A DNA stretch of 43,338 bases from an uncultured Methanosarcinales archaeon (GTDB taxonomy: Archaea; Nanobdellota; Nanobdellia; Woesearchaeales; CAZOXR01), in assembly GCA_964566535.1 (NCBI GenBank), contig CAZMIO010000009.1:1-43338 (forward strand), read 5' to 3'. A program made the translations under genes and the position numbers. Below the pieces are notes generated by a model. That model ran no database searches and was not told the DNA's origin. It saw nothing but the letters and a program-made list of their open reading frames with translations. This document shows positions 10,229 through 19,490 of the stretch, piece by piece. The first letter of the stretch is position 1. Each line of letters begins with the position of its first letter.

Positions 10229-10636
10229 ATGGTAAGAAAACTGTTTTTGTTGGTTGTTTTGATTTTGTTAGTTGGTTGTTCTAGTGGTTCTTATGTTGAG
10301 ATTGATGGGAAGAGGTTTGATGTAGAGATTGCTGATTCTGCTGCTGAGATGGCTAAGGGACTGATGTTTAGGGCAGAGTTGTGTTCTGATTGCGGGATGT
10401 TGTTTGTGTTTGAGGACGGGGGAGTTCATAGTTTTTGGATGAAGAATACTTTGATTCCACTTGATATGGTGTTTATTGATGCTGATTTTAGGGTTGTTGA
10501 TGTTTTTCATGCTACGCCTTGTTTTGAAGATCCATGTGGGCGATATGTTTCTTCTGGTCTTTATGTTCTTGAGGTTAATTCTGGGGAATTTGATGAGGGT
10601 GTTGTTGGTGAGAAGGTTGAGATGATTATTGAGTAA
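10229..10636 (+). CDS. DUF192 family protein, lipoprotein-like signal
   Basis: EIAD....AKGLMFR, GMLFVF, FWMKNTLIPLD, YVLEV; ATG at 10229 lies 22 nt after a TTTATAAA box (ORF-track start overlaps aspS). Confidence 0.9.
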   Translation: MVRKLFLLVVLILLVGCSSGSYVEIDGKRFDVEIADSAAEMAKGLMFRAELCSDCGMLFVFEDGGVHSFWMKNTLIPLDMVFIDADFRVVDVFHATPCFEDPCGRYVSSGLYVLEVNSGEFDEGVVGEKVEMIIE

Positions 10637-10668
10637 TTTTTTATAATTGCTGATATTTTTAGGTGTAA

Positions 10669-11013
10669 ATGGATGAGAAAACTCTTTTGAAGATTGCTTT
10701 AATCGGTTCTTTAATTGGGTTGTTTGCTTTGTATATTGTTTCTGAGGTTGTTATGATTGAGGAGATTACTCTTGATAGATTGGATGGGATTGATTATGGT
10801 AGGAATGTAAAGGTTAAAGGAGTTGTTGAGAATGTTATTAATGCTGAGAATGTGGTTATTTTTGAAGTGATGCAGCCGAATAGTGTTACTGTTGTTTTGT
10901 TTGAGTCTGGTGTTGAGGTGAGTGAAGGTGATATGGTTGAGGTGATTGGAGAGATTGAGGAGTATGAGGGCAAGAGGGAAGTTATTGGAAATAAGGTGAG
11001 GGTGATAAGTTAA
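10669..11013 (+). CDS. Membrane-anchored OB-fold nucleic-acid-binding domain protein
   Basis: N-terminal TM helix, then V.VKGVV...GD.VEVIG.I.EYEG..EV OB-fold pattern. Confidence 0.75.
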   Translation: MDEKTLLKIALIGSLIGLFALYIVSEVVMIEEITLDRLDGIDYGRNVKVKGVVENVINAENVVIFEVMQPNSVTVVLFESGVEVSEGDMVEVIGEIEEYEGKREVIGNKVRVIS

Positions 11014-12233
11014 TGTTTCTTGAGTTAGTTGTGGCTTTGGTTGTTGGTGTGGTGGCAGGAATATTTACTGGCCTTATTCCAGGAGTTCATATTAATCTGG
11101 TTTCGATATTACTTGTTAGTGTTAGTGGTTATTTTTTAGGCTTTACTAGTCCTTTGGTTTTAGGTGTGTTTATTATTGCGATGTCAGTTACTCATTCGTT
11201 TTTGGATTCGATTCCTTCTGTTTTTTTAGGTGCCCCTGATCCTGATATGGCTTTAGCTGTTTTGCCTGGGCATAGGCTGCTGCTTGAGGGCCGTGGTTAT
11301 GAGGCTGTTAAGTTGACGGTTATTGGTTCGTTGTTGTCACTTATTATGGTAGTTTTGTTGATTCCTGTTTTGATTCCTGTTGTTCCCTTTGTTTATGAGT
11401 TTATTCAACCTTATATTGGTTGGATATTGGTAGCGGTTGTAGTGTATATGATTTTGAAGGAGATTGGGTTGCTTAAGAAGTTGTGGGGAACGTTTGTCTT
11501 TATGTTGTCTGGAATTTTGGGAATAATTGTTTTTAGTATTCCTAATTTGAAGCAGCCGCTTTTTCCTATGCTTTCTGGGTTGTTTGGTGTGAGTACTCTA
11601 TTGATGTCTTTGACAAGCAATACTGAGATTCCTGAGCAGAAGATTACTGAAGAGATTAAGGTGGAGAAGAAGAATCTGGTTAAGGCGGTTGGAGCTGCTA
11701 CTTTTTCTGGTTCACTTACTGGATTGTTTCCGGGTTTGGGTTCTGCTCAGGCTGCTATAATTGCAATAATTGCAGTGCAGATTGTTGGAGATATTGGGGC
11801 GCATGCTTTTATGGTGCTTATTGGTGGGATAAATACAGTTAATTTTGTTTTTAGTTTGGCTACATTTTTTACTCTGTCTAAGGCTCGGAATGGGGCTATA
11901 GTTGCTGTTATGGAGATTTTGGAGTCAATAAATGTTTATGAGTTGGTTGTTTTTTTGGCTGTTGCTTTGATTGTTGGTGGAATTGCTAGTTTTTTAGCTA
12001 TGAAGATAACTAAGGTGTTTGCTAAGTTTATTGGTAAGGTGAATTATAGGATTTTATGTTTAAGTGTTATTGGTTTTATTTCGGTTTTGGTGCTTTATTT
12101 TAGTTCTTTTATTGGTTTTCTAATTTTGTTAGTTTCTACTGTTGTTGGGCTGATTCCTGGGTTAGTTAATGTTAAGAGGAGCCTTGCAATGGGTTGTTTG
12201 TTATTGCCAGTGATTTATTATTTTGTTTTTTAA
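11013..12233 (+). CDS. TctA-like (DUF112) tripartite tricarboxylate transporter permease family membrane protein
   Basis: GIFTGLIPGVHIN, IPSVFLGAP, LPGH motifs; many TM segments. Confidence 0.85.
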   Translation: MFLELVVALVVGVVAGIFTGLIPGVHINLVSILLVSVSGYFLGFTSPLVLGVFIIAMSVTHSFLDSIPSVFLGAPDPDMALAVLPGHRLLLEGRGYEAVKLTVIGSLLSLIMVVLLIPVLIPVVPFVYEFIQPYIGWILVAVVVYMILKEIGLLKKLWGTFVFMLSGILGIIVFSIPNLKQPLFPMLSGLFGVSTLLMSLTSNTEIPEQKITEEIKVEKKNLVKAVGAATFSGSLTGLFPGLGSAQAAIIAIIAVQIVGDIGAHAFMVLIGGINTVNFVFSLATFFTLSKARNGAIVAVMEILESINVYELVVFLAVALIVGGIASFLAMKITKVFAKFIGKVNYRILCLSVIGFISVLVLYFSSFIGFLILLVSTVVGLIPGLVNVKRSLAMGCLLLPVIYYFVF

Positions 12234-12283
12234 GTATGTTTACATAGCAATCTTTTTAAAGGGGGAATAATTCCTATCTGTAT

Positions 12284-12541
12284 ATGAAAGGAGTAATTTC
12301 AAACTTTAGGATGGCAAGACATCACCAGAAGGGAAACCAGATGATAGTTAAGCCAGAGGGAGTTTCTGATAAAGATAGTGCTGTTAAGTTAGTTGGTAAA
12401 GAGGTTGTGTGGACTAGTCCTGCTGGGAAAGAGATTAAAGGCGAGATAAGAAAGGAGCACGGTAGGAATGGTTTTGTTCGAGTTCTGTTTGAGACTGGTA
12501 TGCCTGGTCAGAGTATAGGCGGAAAAGTAGAAATAAAGTAA
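12284..12541 (+). CDS. rpl35ae: 50S ribosomal protein L35Ae
   Basis: MKGVI.NFR..RHHQ, VGKEVVW, G.I...HG.NG.VRV.F..GMPGQ.IG. Confidence 0.93.
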   Translation: MKGVISNFRMARHHQKGNQMIVKPEGVSDKDSAVKLVGKEVVWTSPAGKEIKGEIRKEHGRNGFVRVLFETGMPGQSIGGKVEIK

Positions 12542-12559
12542 AAAAATTTAATTTCTTAT

Positions 12560-13015
12560 TTATGTTCCTGACATGAGTGCGCTTCCTGAATTTCTCATTA
12601 GTCCATTTAATTTACTAAGTCTTGCAAGAGCTTGTCTTTTTAGTTCTTCTGCCTTTCCTTCAGGGAATCCTTTGGCACTTATTTCCTCGTTGTCTTTTAT
12701 TACTTCTGTGATTATGCCAATTTGCCAATGGGCAATCATCATTACATCCCTTACTGATTGTTTTATCTCTTCAGTTACTTCATCTACAATTTTTAATATG
12801 TCCATTTCATCTCTGTCAATTTTTTGAATAATCCCCTTTTTGATGTCCTCATTGAAACCCTTTATTTTCTTAAGTTCAATCTGCATTTCTCTGAATATTT
12901 CAGTACCTCTTCTTCTCATGTCCCTTGCAGGGAACCTTGCTAGATGGCCTTTTTGTGCTACTTTTACAGAAGCTTGTGCAAATGCGCCCCTTATTGGATT
13001 AGCTATTATACTCAT
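12560..13015 (-). CDS. Hypothetical helical protein
   Basis: Long ORF; strong SD AGGAGG 8 nt before ATG at 13015; TATA-like TTTATATA upstream. Confidence 0.7.
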   Translation of the reverse strand: MSIIANPIRGAFAQASVKVAQKGHLARFPARDMRRRGTEIFREMQIELKKIKGFNEDIKKGIIQKIDRDEMDILKIVDEVTEEIKQSVRDVMMIAHWQIGIITEVIKDNEEISAKGFPEGKAEELKRQALARLSKLNGLMRNSGSALMSGT

Positions 13016-13092
13016 ATTAATCATCCTCCTTTGGTTGATAAACTGACTTTAGAAATACTAGTATATAAAATTATTGAAAAAAAAGAAAAAAG

Positions 13093-13221
13093 TTAGCAAA
13101 CCGGTATTGGTACTGGGATTGTGCCTTTTGCAACAAAGTACATAAATGCTGCTCCAAGGATAAATGCTCCTGCGATCCAAGTTCCTGGATGCATAATAAA
13201 TGCTTTTTTTGATTTTAACAT
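13093..13221 (-). CDS. 42-aa membrane microprotein (MLKSKKAFIMHPGTWIAGAFILGAAFMYFVAKGTIPVPIPVC)
   Basis: Not in ORF track; SD GGTGA before ATG, TTTATATA box upstream, one TM helix, T-tract after stop. Confidence 0.7.
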   Translation of the reverse strand: MLKSKKAFIMHPGTWIAGAFILGAAFMYFVAKGTIPVPIPVC

Positions 13222-13355
13222 AGTATCACCTTTTTTAGTTATATACTGATTTTGGAGGAGGAGATATATAAATGTTATGGTTAATTGGTTTTTGGTGAGG
13301 CTTAAGGGAAAATTTTATAAATTTAGTTGGGATAGTTTGTTTAGGTGAACTCCTT

Positions 13356-13469
13356 ATGAAAAAAGAGAAAGTAACTGGGCGAGAAGTTAGTGCTGAAGTA
13401 TGTGAAGTAAAGGGCGGAAGAGTTGTCTGCAAAAAAGAAAAAGTTAAGGTGCTGAAAAAGAATGGATAG
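13356..13469 (+). CDS. 37-aa basic microprotein ([37 protein letters not shown])
   Basis: Not in ORF track; TTTATAAA box and AGGTGA SD upstream; stop overlaps dCMP deaminase start. Confidence 0.55.
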   Translation: MKKEKVTGREVSAEVCEVKGGRVVCKKEKVKVLKKNG

Positions 13470-13935
13470 GCCAAGTTGGGATGAGTATTTTATGAAGATA
13501 GCTACTTTAGTTGCTGAAAGATCTACTTGTAGAAGGCATCATGTTGGTGCTGTTATTGTAAGGGATAAAAGAATATTAACGACAGGATATAATGGGGCGG
13601 CTTCTGGTGTTAAGGATTGTTTAGAACTAGGGTGTTTGCGTGATGAGAATAATATTCCTTCTGGGGAGAGGCATGAAGTTTGTCGTGCTATCCATGCTGA
13701 ACAAAATGCCATTATTCAAGGTGCTTTGCATGGGATTAATGCTGAGGGATCTACAATTTACTGTACTCATCCTCCTTGTATACTTTGTGCTAAGATGCTT
13801 GCGAATGCTAAGATAAAGAGATTTGTAACTTCTGGAGAATATAATGATGAGGCTGCTAAGGAGCTTATGAAAGAGGTAGGGATTGAGTTTGTTAAAGTTA
13901 GTAAACCTGAAGGGAAGATTAATGTTCTAGATTAG
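13462..13935 (+). CDS. dCMP deaminase (ComEB-like)
   Basis: [13 protein letters not shown]...VGA, TGYNG, HAEQNA, PC..C zinc motifs. Confidence 0.93.
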   Translation: MDRPSWDEYFMKIATLVAERSTCRRHHVGAVIVRDKRILTTGYNGAASGVKDCLELGCLRDENNIPSGERHEVCRAIHAEQNAIIQGALHGINAEGSTIYCTHPPCILCAKMLANAKIKRFVTSGEYNDEAAKELMKEVGIEFVKVSKPEGKINVLD

Positions 13936-14026
13936 CCTGGTTAGGTCTTTTATTCAATAATTTATAACAAAAGCTTTAAAAAGTATTAATTAGTTCTTTA
14001 GATGATTAACTTAGGAGGTTATTACT

Positions 14027-14221
14027 ATGGCAAAATTTAAAATTGAAGTGAATGAAGAAACATGTATTGGATGCGGAGCTTGTACTGCTCAGTGTGATAA
14101 TTTTGAGATGGATGAGAACAATAAGGCGAAAGCAAAGATGGCAGAAGTTGAAGATGTAGGCTGCAACAAAGATGCTGAAGGAGTCTGTCCAGTTAGCTGT
14201 ATTAAAATAACAGAGATATAA
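14027..14221 (+). CDS. Ferredoxin (monocluster 4Fe-4S)
   Basis: CIGCGAC...C and CPVSCI; SD AGGAGG. Confidence 0.9.
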   Translation: MAKFKIEVNEETCIGCGACTAQCDNFEMDENNKAKAKMAEVEDVGCNKDAEGVCPVSCIKITEI

Positions 14222-14439
14222 TGGCAAAAGTAACTAAAGAGATGGGAATTTCTGAGCTTGCAGAGAAATATCCAGATGCTATTCCTGTTCTGATGAAGAA
14301 TGGGATGCATTGTATTGGATGCATGGCTTCTCAGTTTGAGAATATTGAACAGGGAGCTAAGGCTCATGGAATGGATGACGATAAGATAAAGAAGATGATG
14401 GATGAGATTAATGACGTTTTAGAGAAAGGTAGTAAATAA
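14221..14439 (+). CDS. DUF1858 domain protein
   Basis: M.I.E....YP....VL...GMHCIGC......E.IE.GA.AHG pattern. Confidence 0.88.
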   Translation: MAKVTKEMGISELAEKYPDAIPVLMKNGMHCIGCMASQFENIEQGAKAHGMDDDKIKKMMDEINDVLEKGSK

Positions 14440-14451
14440 TTTTATTCTTTT

Positions 14452-17400
14452 TTAATTTGTTCTGCTACCTTCCCAATCTATTTTCCAGATTGTTATTCTA
14501 TTGCCAAATAAGTTTTCTTTATCGCTGAATTTCTTAAAGTGATTTAGGCCAATCCCGTCTAGGAAGTAGAGTCTTGTGAACATACTTTCGGTTAATTCTG
14601 GGGACATTGCTATATTTTTGTATCCTTGTTCAGTTGGGACAAGTATGATACTATATCTGATTGTGTTATTATATTTCTTCTTTATGATTTTGCCATCTTT
14701 GGGATATAGTAATGTATCTGGATGTTTGATACCTTCAGTGGTTCCAATAGAAAAGTCCATTGTTGTAGTGTTTAATAGTCCTGTTCCTCCTCCTATCTTG
14801 CAAGCAAACGTTTCATTGGTTAATTTTGAACAATCCTCGAAATCTGAATAATATGTTGGAATTGGAGAAATCCATTCGTCCACATCTTCATTAGTGGACA
14901 AGGAAATGAACTGAGTGTAGACGGTTTCTGATTCTTCCTTAGTAAAATTGAACTTTTTGGATAAATAATTAAGCGATGATTGCTTATTATCTTTATATTC
15001 AGGAGTATTTAATGTACTGTAGATTTGAGCTTTATTAAAATCCCATAATCCAAAATGCGCCCAAACTCCTGATTTTTTGATCATGTCACTTGAAGTTATG
15101 AAATAGTTCTCTAGTGGATTACAGTGAGTAAACTCTAACATATCATTTATTTGTTCATCGTCTTTGAGATAGTTGGTTAACTTATTTCTTGCTTCTTCCT
15201 TATTAAGGGGCATTATTTCATCTAATATTTTAATTGATTTTGTAGTCTCATCTAACAGCCCGTTTAGTCTAATAAATGCATTTACTTTACAGATTAATCC
15301 ATCTCCTGGGCAAATAGTGTCTGACTTATTAAAACTCATAATTTTCCTACAATGCACCATCCTTAATGTGCCAATGGCTTCCTTTTCATCTGTAGTTGTG
15401 AGTATCTTTCCTACCCAATGTATATCTGGAGTATTTTGACTAGCTCCATCAAAGGTAACTGCTCTTTTGCCGATTGATTTGAACCAGTGGCCATAGTCCC
15501 ACCAGGAGGTTATTATTGCATCTTGTGAAGCTTCTTTGTTTATTTTGTCCAATGAGCTATACCATACGTCATTCATTACGGGTGTAGTGCCACTTGCGCT
15601 ATTATTTGATTCATTAAAAGGGGAAATTAAAATAAGACTTAATAGTAAAATAAGTGACACTCTTAAGACATTTTTACTTATATCGAAACTTTTTGTAAGA
15701 ATGGCACTTAATCTTTTAAATAAGTTACCAAGTGCAATTCCCACTAAGATTGAAAATGGGGCGGCGAACAATAATAACCACCTTACTCCTTTCTCAACTG
15801 CAAATAAAGTTGCTACAAACCACAAGATAATCAGGATACTAGAACTTACCCTTAACTTGATTTCTTTGTTTATTAAAGACCATACAAATCTGAATATAAT
15901 TGGTAGACTAAAGAGGATGATGAGTTGAGTGATATTTTCTATTAATGTTATAAAAATAACTCCTACTGAGGCTAATATTATAAATAACCCATTCTTTTTT
16001 TTGGTATCTTTAGTTATTAAGAACAAAGCACCTATTAAAGATACCATAAATAATAATTCTCCGATCATGGGCTTAACTTTGTTGAACGGTATTTGTACTT
16101 GTTCAGCAATGCTCAAGAATACATTTGGCCATATACTTTCAATACTTTTAATCTTTGTAAATTGGAATGGTTGAAAAGGAGTTTCAATGAATACATTAAA
16201 ACTACTGAACAACGATACAAATATTCCTGAGAAAAATATAAATAAAACGAAAAGGAGCAGTGTTTTTTTAATTATTGGAATCTTTAAAAAATTGATTATT
16301 CCTTTTTTTATCTCCCTTATATGGTTGAGGAAATGGTACCCTATTGAGATTATATAAGTTGCAAGGATAAAATCAAAAATGTACCACCACCCACTCCCCC
16401 AGGTGAATGAATACACTCCGATTAAGAGACCTTGTAACAAGCTTAGGAGTAATATGTTTATCTTATTTTTTGATTGGAATAATTCTATCGATACCCATAC
16501 GATTAATAAGGGGAAGAGTACATTGTAACTGTCTGTATCTGAAAAACCACCTATTGTTCTAGTTAATGCCATGGGGTGAATCATTAATAGAGCAGATGCA
16601 ATAAATCCAGCAAAATTACCTCCGAATCTTTTCGCAATAAAAAATGCTGGAATAGCCGATAAAGTCATAATTAGTACAGGGACGTAGAAAAAGAAATTGG
16701 CCAATGGTAACTTATTATTAAAAAAGCTAGTTAATTTGAATAAGTATGCTGCAAAGTAAGGGAAGAACATATCTGGAGGGGTTGGTCTTCCTACTGGAGC
16801 ATACATTAAATCGTCATATGGTTCACCGTCTTTTATTGAGTCTCCTGGATGTCCATTTTTAAGAATGTTACTGGTATGTCTTAACCAGAAGTAGGGGTCT
16901 ACTGCTAGTAGATATGTTTGACCATTCTCATCTTGGAATTCTGATTTTAAAATGTCTGATTCAGATTTAATTAGTTTTTTTATATCAGAATTTCTTTGTT
17001 GGAGAGTTCTTCTGAAATTGGTTTCCACTAGAGCATTTTTTTCATCTTCAGGAAGGCTGAAATATCTCTCGTTGATGTCTTCCTGAATATTTAATCTTAT
17101 ATTAAGGTGAACTTGTTCTTTTGCTATCTCATCAGCCATTGGAAAAAATGCAGGTTGTACCCTTAAATAGACACTTAAAGACATTACAAATAGGATTAGT
17201 AGTAAAGGGATGAGGAGTTTTTTGTTATTTGAAACTAGGGTAGGAAGAGTTGGTTTTTTATCTTTTTCTTCTTTGAGGGTTGTATTGCTCTGTTCTGGTT
17301 CTTCGTTTGTTTGTTTGGTCTTTAGTATATCCTTGTTTTCTTTTACTTCTTCCTCTATTTGTTCTGATTCTTGTTTTACCTGATTCTTTTGCTTATTGAA

Positions 17401-17478
17401 TTCTTCTTCTGTGATTACTCCTTCTCTGAAACTCTCTTCTAGAATTCTTAATTTCTTTGATGAATCTGATTCTATCAT
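14452..17478 (-). CDS. aglB: Oligosaccharyltransferase AglB (STT3 family) with N-terminal SHOCT-like motif
   Basis: DPYFWLR, DTD, WWDYG motif, DMIKK (DK-type) motif, multiple TM helices. Confidence 0.93.
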   Translation of the reverse strand: MIESDSSKKLRILEESFREGVITEEEFNKQKNQVKQESEQIEEEVKENKDILKTKQTNEEPEQSNTTLKEEKDKKPTLPTLVSNNKKLLIPLLLILFVMSLSVYLRVQPAFFPMADEIAKEQVHLNIRLNIQEDINERYFSLPEDEKNALVETNFRRTLQQRNSDIKKLIKSESDILKSEFQDENGQTYLLAVDPYFWLRHTSNILKNGHPGDSIKDGEPYDDLMYAPVGRPTPPDMFFPYFAAYLFKLTSFFNNKLPLANFFFYVPVLIMTLSAIPAFFIAKRFGGNFAGFIASALLMIHPMALTRTIGGFSDTDSYNVLFPLLIVWVSIELFQSKNKINILLLSLLQGLLIGVYSFTWGSGWWYIFDFILATYIISIGYHFLNHIREIKKGIINFLKIPIIKKTLLLFVLFIFFSGIFVSLFSSFNVFIETPFQPFQFTKIKSIESIWPNVFLSIAEQVQIPFNKVKPMIGELLFMVSLIGALFLITKDTKKKNGLFIILASVGVIFITLIENITQLIILFSLPIIFRFVWSLINKEIKLRVSSSILIILWFVATLFAVEKGVRWLLLFAAPFSILVGIALGNLFKRLSAILTKSFDISKNVLRVSLILLLSLILISPFNESNNSASGTTPVMNDVWYSSLDKINKEASQDAIITSWWDYGHWFKSIGKRAVTFDGASQNTPDIHWVGKILTTTDEKEAIGTLRMVHCRKIMSFNKSDTICPGDGLICKVNAFIRLNGLLDETTKSIKILDEIMPLNKEEARNKLTNYLKDDEQINDMLEFTHCNPLENYFITSSDMIKKSGVWAHFGLWDFNKAQIYSTLNTPEYKDNKQSSLNYLSKKFNFTKEESETVYTQFISLSTNEDVDEWISPIPTYYSDFEDCSKLTNETFACKIGGGTGLLNTTTMDFSIGTTEGIKHPDTLLYPKDGKIIKKKYNNTIRYSIILVPTEQGYKNIAMSPELTESMFTRLYFLDGIGLNHFKKFSDKENLFGNRITIWKIDWEGSRTN

Positions 17479-17504
17479 ACTATCTTTCCCCTTTATTTAG
17501 AAAC

Positions 17505-18860
17505 TTAGACTTCTTTGTCCACCATAATATATTTAGCTAGTAATGGATGTTTTTCTTTGATTAAGTCATACATTTGCCATGCTACTTGCCTGTAAGACAA
17601 ATGTCCTGTTTTTCCGCTTCTTAATTTTATGAAATGGAATAATGACCTTAAGTTCATTTTCATGAGAACTCTTTTTCTGTATGCCATTGGGATGATGTAG
17701 GATGCTTCGTCTAATTCTTTCATTTGTTTGTATGCTTGTTCTGCTTTTTCCATGCATTCAACGTAAGTGTTTTTGAATCCTGCTTTTATTATCTCATCTG
17801 GGATTATGTATCCTTGGTCAACTGTGAAGTCTTGGTTTGTTTGAGTGCACATCCTATGTCTTTGCACGTCTCTAAATGCTCCGTAGTCGATTAATACGTC
17901 GAATGTGTAGAAGATGTGTTCTAACTTTCTTAATGGTGCGTCAAATTTGCCTAGTCTTCTTAATGATTCGTCTATGATATTCTCTTTTTCTTCGTTTGAG
18001 AGTGCTAATACTTTCTCTTTTGCTTGGTTGTAGTTTAGTTGCGAATATTTGTAGATTAATGATGCTAAGAGTTTTGTTTCGGCGTCATTGTCGAACTCAA
18101 CTAATGTGACTTCGTTTTGGTTCGTTTTGTTATTTACCGGTTCTTTGAATTTCAATGACCCTCTTAGTGCTTTGTCTGTTTCACCAATGTATTCATTATA
18201 TTTTATGTGTTTGATTAATGTTGGTGTTACTTTTAATGCACTTTCTTTTAGTTCATTTCCGATTTCTTGCATTTCGTTGAAAGGGTGAGTTAAGAGTTTT
18301 ATTATTCCATGTTCTAGGTTCCTTGCATTTAATGTCATCCCTAAGTTTGTTAGGGTTGAGACTGGTAATAGGTATCTACAAGCGTCTAGTGCTAAGTTTT
18401 TTATTTCGATTTCTGATTTGTCTTTGAATTTATTTTTGAAGAAGTCGACCATCTTTGGGACGAGTTTTGTGTACTGGTCCATTATGAAGTTTGTTGTTTG
18501 TTCGTAGATGTCTTTGAACTTTGATTCCATTATCTTTTTTGGTTTTAAGTAAGTTGTTTTGTCGAAGACTTGGTATCTTGTGGATTTTTCAGTGTAAGAA
18601 GCTAGTCTGTTGTCTTCTAATACTTTTGTTGCTAGCATTGAGACGTTTTCTAGTGCTATGCTTAATACTGCGTGCTCTGCAACAGAAGAATGACCGTAGC
18701 CGACAACCCATTTTTCATGGAATTTTCTTGATTTGTCTGCGTTTAGCTCTGCTGCTATCTTATCGAATGGTTCTGGAGACCTTGAGCACTTTGCGAATGC
18801 AACTGCAACGACTTCTGGTGGAAGTCCTGTAAGAGTATAGATCCTTCTTTTTTTGTCCAT
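17505..18860 (-). CDS. thyX: FAD-dependent thymidylate synthase, tandem Thy1-domain form
   Basis: GHSSVAEHA, RLASYTEKSTRY, second domain FRDVQRHR, NLRSL.HFI.LR. Confidence 0.9.
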   Translation of the reverse strand: MDKKRRIYTLTGLPPEVVAVAFAKCSRSPEPFDKIAAELNADKSRKFHEKWVVGYGHSSVAEHAVLSIALENVSMLATKVLEDNRLASYTEKSTRYQVFDKTTYLKPKKIMESKFKDIYEQTTNFIMDQYTKLVPKMVDFFKNKFKDKSEIEIKNLALDACRYLLPVSTLTNLGMTLNARNLEHGIIKLLTHPFNEMQEIGNELKESALKVTPTLIKHIKYNEYIGETDKALRGSLKFKEPVNNKTNQNEVTLVEFDNDAETKLLASLIYKYSQLNYNQAKEKVLALSNEEKENIIDESLRRLGKFDAPLRKLEHIFYTFDVLIDYGAFRDVQRHRMCTQTNQDFTVDQGYIIPDEIIKAGFKNTYVECMEKAEQAYKQMKELDEASYIIPMAYRKRVLMKMNLRSLFHFIKLRSGKTGHLSYRQVAWQMYDLIKEKHPLLAKYIMVDKEV

Positions 18861-18944
18861 GGATTTTGAGAAATGGTGGTTGTTTATAATTTTTTTGATT
18901 GAAAACGAAAATATATTTAAATGAATGAATTGTTACGACTGAAT

Positions 18945-19490
18945 ATGATAATAGGGCTAACAGGAACAATGGCATCTGGGAAGGGAGAGGTTGCTAAGTA
19001 TTTGATTTCTAAGGGGTTTGAGCATTTGATGTATTCTGATATTTTGAAAGAGGTTGCTAATGAGAGGGGGATTGAACTGACTCGGAAGAATCTTCAGAAG
19101 TTAGGCAACGATATTAAGCAAGAGGAAAAGAATCTGGGTATATTATCTAAGAAGATTATTGAGAAGGCTAAGACTGATAAGGTTGTTGCAGATGGAGTTC
19201 GGAATCCTGATGAGATTAGGGAATTTAAGAAGAGGAAAGATGCTTATGTTATTGCTGTTACTGCTTCACAGAGAGTTAGGTTTAAGCGGATGAAGATGAG
19301 GGGACGAGAAGGAGATCCTACTGGGTTTAGGGAGTTTAAGAGGTTGGATAATATTGAGAACAGGGGAGTTACAAAAGGGCAGGAGATTAATAACTGTATT
19401 AAGATTGCTGATTATGTTATTGAGAATATTGGGACATTAGATGAGTTGAAGAAGAAGGTCGATGAGATTTTAGAGAAGGTTAACGTCTAG
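18945..19490 (+). CDS. P-loop nucleoside monophosphate/dephospho-CoA kinase-like protein
   Basis: IIGLTGTMASGKG, DGVRNPDE, R.RE.DP, ADYVIEN; start placed at MIIG, just after a TATA-like box. Confidence 0.82.
   Translation: MIIGLTGTMASGKGEVAKYLISKGFEHLMYSDILKEVANERGIELTRKNLQKLGNDIKQEEKNLGILSKKIIEKAKTDKVVADGVRNPDEIREFKKRKDAYVIAVTASQRVRFKRMKMRGREGDPTGFREFKRLDNIENRGVTKGQEINNCIKIADYVIENIGTLDELKKKVDEILEKVNV

Noticed and set aside
13235..13474. 79-aa minus-strand ORF
   Set aside because: Spans a divergent promoter region and is antisense to a better-supported small ORF
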